Source: an uncultured bacterium
GTDB lineage: Bacteria; Krumholzibacteriota; Krumholzibacteriia; LZORAL124-64-63
NCBI GenBank assembly: GCA_965369705.1
Contig: CBDURF010000002.1
Span: forward strand, 1 to 49,154
Direction: 5' to 3'
Length of the DNA: 49,154 nucleotides
Shown: positions 46,809 through 49,154 of the stretch, piece by piece
Layout: every line of letters starts with the position of its first letter
Numbering within the stretch: the stretch's first letter is position 1
Made by a program: the position numbers and the translations under genes
Notes under the pieces: generated by a model
What the model was told of the DNA's origin: nothing
The model's input: only the letters and a program-made list of their open reading frames with translations
The model's database searches: none

Positions 46809-48005
46809 TCAGATCGCTCCGTGCTTGCGACCCACCGCCCCGAAGGCTTCCAGACACCGGTCCACGTGGGCATCGGTGTGCGCCGCCGAGGTCTGCAGCC
46901 GGATCCGCGCCTGTCCCCGGGGCACGACGGGGAAGCTGAACCCGATGCAGTAGATGCCCCTATCCAGCAGATCCGCCGCCATGCCCTGGGCCAGGATGGC
47001 GTCGTTGTCGTGCCCGCGGAAATGCACCGGGATGATGGGGTGATCGCCCTTGTCCACGTCGAAACCGAGCTCGACCAGGCCATCTCGCAGCCGCTTCTGG
47101 TTCCTGGCCAGGGTCCGCAGGGGGCCGGGATCCTCACGCAGGATCTTCAGGACTTCCAGCGTCGCCCCGCAGATCATCATGGGCACCGAGTTGCTGAACA
47201 GGTAGGGCCGGCTCTTCTGCCGCAGCCACTCGATGATCTCCCGGCGGCCGCTCGTGCAGCCGCCCAGGGCGCCGCCCAGGGCCTTGCCCAAGGTAGTGGT
47301 GATCAGGTCCACCCGGTCCATGACGTCAAACTTCTCGTGGGTCCCGCGGCCGGTGGGGCCGGTGAAGCCCGTGGCGTGGCTGTCGTCGACCAGGACCATG
47401 GCCTCGTACTTCCCGGCCAGGTCGCAGATATCCGGCAGCGGCGCCAGATGGCCGTCCATCGAAAAAACGCCGTCGGTGACGACAAGGCGAAACTCGGCGC
47501 CCTGGGCATCCTTCAGCTGGGTTTCGAGGTGGTCCATGTCCGCGTGGTTGTAGATGAACCGCTGCGCTTTGGCCAGCCGCACGCCGTCGATGATCGAGGC
47601 GTGGTTCAACTGGTCGGTGATGATGGCGCTGTTTTTGTCCAGCAGCGGTTCGAACACCCCGCCGTTGGCGTCGAAACAGGCAGCGTACAGGATGGTGTCC
47701 TCGGTGCCGAGGAAGTCGCTCAGTTCCCGCTCGAGTTGCTTGTGCAAGGTGGTCGTGCCGCAGATGAACCGCACCGAACTGAGGCCGTAACCCCACTCGT
47801 CCAGGGTACGGCGCGCGGCTTCCACGACCCGCCGATCCGAAGCCAGGCCCAGGTAGTTGTTGGCGCAGAAATTAAGGACGGTCTTTCCGCCCACCTTGAT
47901 TTCCGCCCCCTGCGGCCCCTCGAGAACCCGCTCGTTCTTGTACAGGCCCTGCTCCCGAATCGAGTCCAGCTCGGCCCGCAGAACCTCTCCGAATTTCCCG
48001 TACAT
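46809..48005 (-). CDS. kbl: Glycine C-acetyltransferase (2-amino-3-ketobutyrate CoA ligase)
   Basis: MYGKFGEVLRAELDSIREQGLYKNERVLEGPQGAEI...NFCANNYLGL. PLP-Lys context TTTLGKALGG. GGAAGGA lies before the ATG at 48005. An 8-amino-7-oxononanoate synthase assignment is less likely. Confidence 0.88.
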   Translation of the reverse strand: MYGKFGEVLRAELDSIREQGLYKNERVLEGPQGAEIKVGGKTVLNFCANNYLGLASDRRVVEAARRTLDEWGYGLSSVRFICGTTTLHKQLERELSDFLGTEDTILYAACFDANGGVFEPLLDKNSAIITDQLNHASIIDGVRLAKAQRFIYNHADMDHLETQLKDAQGAEFRLVVTDGVFSMDGHLAPLPDICDLAGKYEAMVLVDDSHATGFTGPTGRGTHEKFDVMDRVDLITTTLGKALGGALGGCTSGRREIIEWLRQKSRPYLFSNSVPMMICGATLEVLKILREDPGPLRTLARNQKRLRDGLVELGFDVDKGDHPIIPVHFRGHDNDAILAQGMAADLLDRGIYCIGFSFPVVPRGQARIRLQTSAAHTDAHVDRCLEAFGAVGRKHGAI

Positions 48006-48030
48006 CCATCTCGTCCTTCCGGCGGAGCCG

Positions 48031-49047
48031 TTAGTAGCGCTTGGCCATCTCTTCCAGGCTGACAACGGGAACCTTGTCCGCCCAGCCTGCCTGCCCGAAC
48101 GCGATCATGCGGGCCTTGACCACCTCGGCCATGGCCACGCGGGCGGGCTTGAGATAATCGCGGGGATCGAACTTGCCGGGGCTCTCGGCGAAAACCTTGC
48201 GGATGGCGCCGGTGATGGCCAGCCGGTTGTCCGTGTCCACGTTGATCTTGACCACGCCGTGCTTGATTCCCTGCTGGATGGCTTCCACCGGAACGCCGTA
48301 GGTCTCGGGCATCTCGCCGCCGTACCGGTTGATGATGTCGATCAGTTCCATGGGCACCGAACTCGACCCGTGCATGACCAGATGGGTGTTGGGCAGCCGG
48401 CGGTGGATCTCTTCGATGAGATCCATTTTCAGCACGTCGCCCGAGGGCTTGCGGGTAAACTTGTAGGCCCCGTGGCTGGTGCCGATGGCCACGGCCAGAG
48501 CGTCGCAGCCGGTCTCCTCGGAAAAACGCTGCGCCTCCTCGGGATCGGTCAGATGGGCCAGGGCCTCCTCACCCGTCAGGCCGGCGCCGTGTCCGTCCTC
48601 GATGCCGCCCAGACAGCCGATCTCCGCCTCGACCGTCACGCCCAGGGCGTGGGCTTTGGCGACGACCTTACGGGTGACATCAACGTTGTGCTCATAGGAG
48701 GAGGGCGTCTTGCCGTCTTCCAGCAGCGAGCCGTCCATCATCACCGAGGTGAACCCCTGGTCGATCGCGCTGAAGCAGGTCTCCGGGCTGTTTCCGTGGT
48801 CTTGGTGCATGGCGATGGGGATTTTTGGATTCAGTTCGGCGGCGGCCAGCATCAGGTGGCGCAGGTAGTTGTCGTTGGAGTAGGACCGCGCCCCGCGACT
48901 GGCCTGGACGATCACCGGACTGTTCGTTTCGGTGGCGGCCATCATGATTGACTGGATCTGCTCCATGTTGTTCACGTTGAAGGCGCCGATGCCGTACCCG
49001 TTCTCGGCGGCGTGGTCGAGCATGACTCGCATGGGAAGCAAAGGCAT
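48031..49047 (-). CDS. fba: Fructose-bisphosphate aldolase, class II
   Basis: [54 protein letters not shown] lies before the ATG at 49047. Confidence 0.93.
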   Translation of the reverse strand: MPLLPMRVMLDHAAENGYGIGAFNVNNMEQIQSIMMAATETNSPVIVQASRGARSYSNDNYLRHLMLAAAELNPKIPIAMHQDHGNSPETCFSAIDQGFTSVMMDGSLLEDGKTPSSYEHNVDVTRKVVAKAHALGVTVEAEIGCLGGIEDGHGAGLTGEEALAHLTDPEEAQRFSEETGCDALAVAIGTSHGAYKFTRKPSGDVLKMDLIEEIHRRLPNTHLVMHGSSSVPMELIDIINRYGGEMPETYGVPVEAIQQGIKHGVVKINVDTDNRLAITGAIRKVFAESPGKFDPRDYLKPARVAMAEVVKARMIAFGQAGWADKVPVVSLEEMAKRY

Positions 49048-49154
49048 GAGCTCATCTCCTTGGGGGGACCCCGGTGATGGTGAATGATCCTGGCGATTGT
49101 TCCCCGCCAACCTAATCCAACTGAGACCGGGAATCAACGGCCGGAGAAATTACG

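Overview
This is a high-GC bacterial chromosomal window holding about 44 supportable protein genes and 4 tRNA genes. From 20.4 kb onward everything lies on the minus strand.

Most of the window is housekeeping:
- Amino-sugar and envelope genes: glmS-glmM; a GT9 heptosyltransferase-waaA-radical SAM cluster; spoIID-like and nagZ-like genes; mltG; lspA.
- Replication, repair and translation genes: uvrA, mazG, ruvX, rluD, ileS, and fusA (a mitochondrial/spd-type EF-G).
- Others: queE-queC, a purine nucleoside phosphorylase, a yggS-yggT-divIVA cluster, kbl, and a class II fba.

Gene content points to a diderm of the FCB-like candidate-phylum space. The cues are Kdo transferase plus heptosyltransferase, a TraR/DksA gene between ileS and lspA, a FlgD-Ig/T9SS-like C-terminal domain, DivIVA and SpoIID. 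This placement is inference only.

Genes are tightly packed, with many 1-8 nt start/stop overlaps and frequent GTG/TTG starts behind clear Shine-Dalgarno sequences. Clean Rho-independent terminators and two sigma70-like tRNA promoters are visible.

The least ordinary region is 25.3-32.9 kb. It contains a ~1480-aa C25 (gingipain-like) cysteine peptidase with a T9SS/FlgD-like C-terminal domain. Next to it is a lower-GC islet adjacent to tRNA-Val, holding three secreted-protein genes, two closed by their own strong terminator and the third by only a weak hairpin:
- Two are diverged 207-aa paralogs. Both end in a conserved tail, ASFGSVK[AS]L[YF]R followed by stop, and both have a weak cohesin-like signature.
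- The third ends in a dockerin-like double EF-hand repeat.

I propose this as a candidate uncharacterised secreted cohesin-dockerin-like module next to the protease. That is a hypothesis.

Other points worth a second look:
- A translationally coupled CNNM-CNNM-DUF1844-outer-membrane (thrombospondin type 3 repeat) operon.
- A stand-alone RecA/DnaB-C-like ATPase inside the fusA-yggS-yggT-divIVA cluster.
- A sensor-less histidine kinase with a 12-nt tandem repeat.

The long ORFs antisense to recognised genes are treated as high-GC shadow ORFs.
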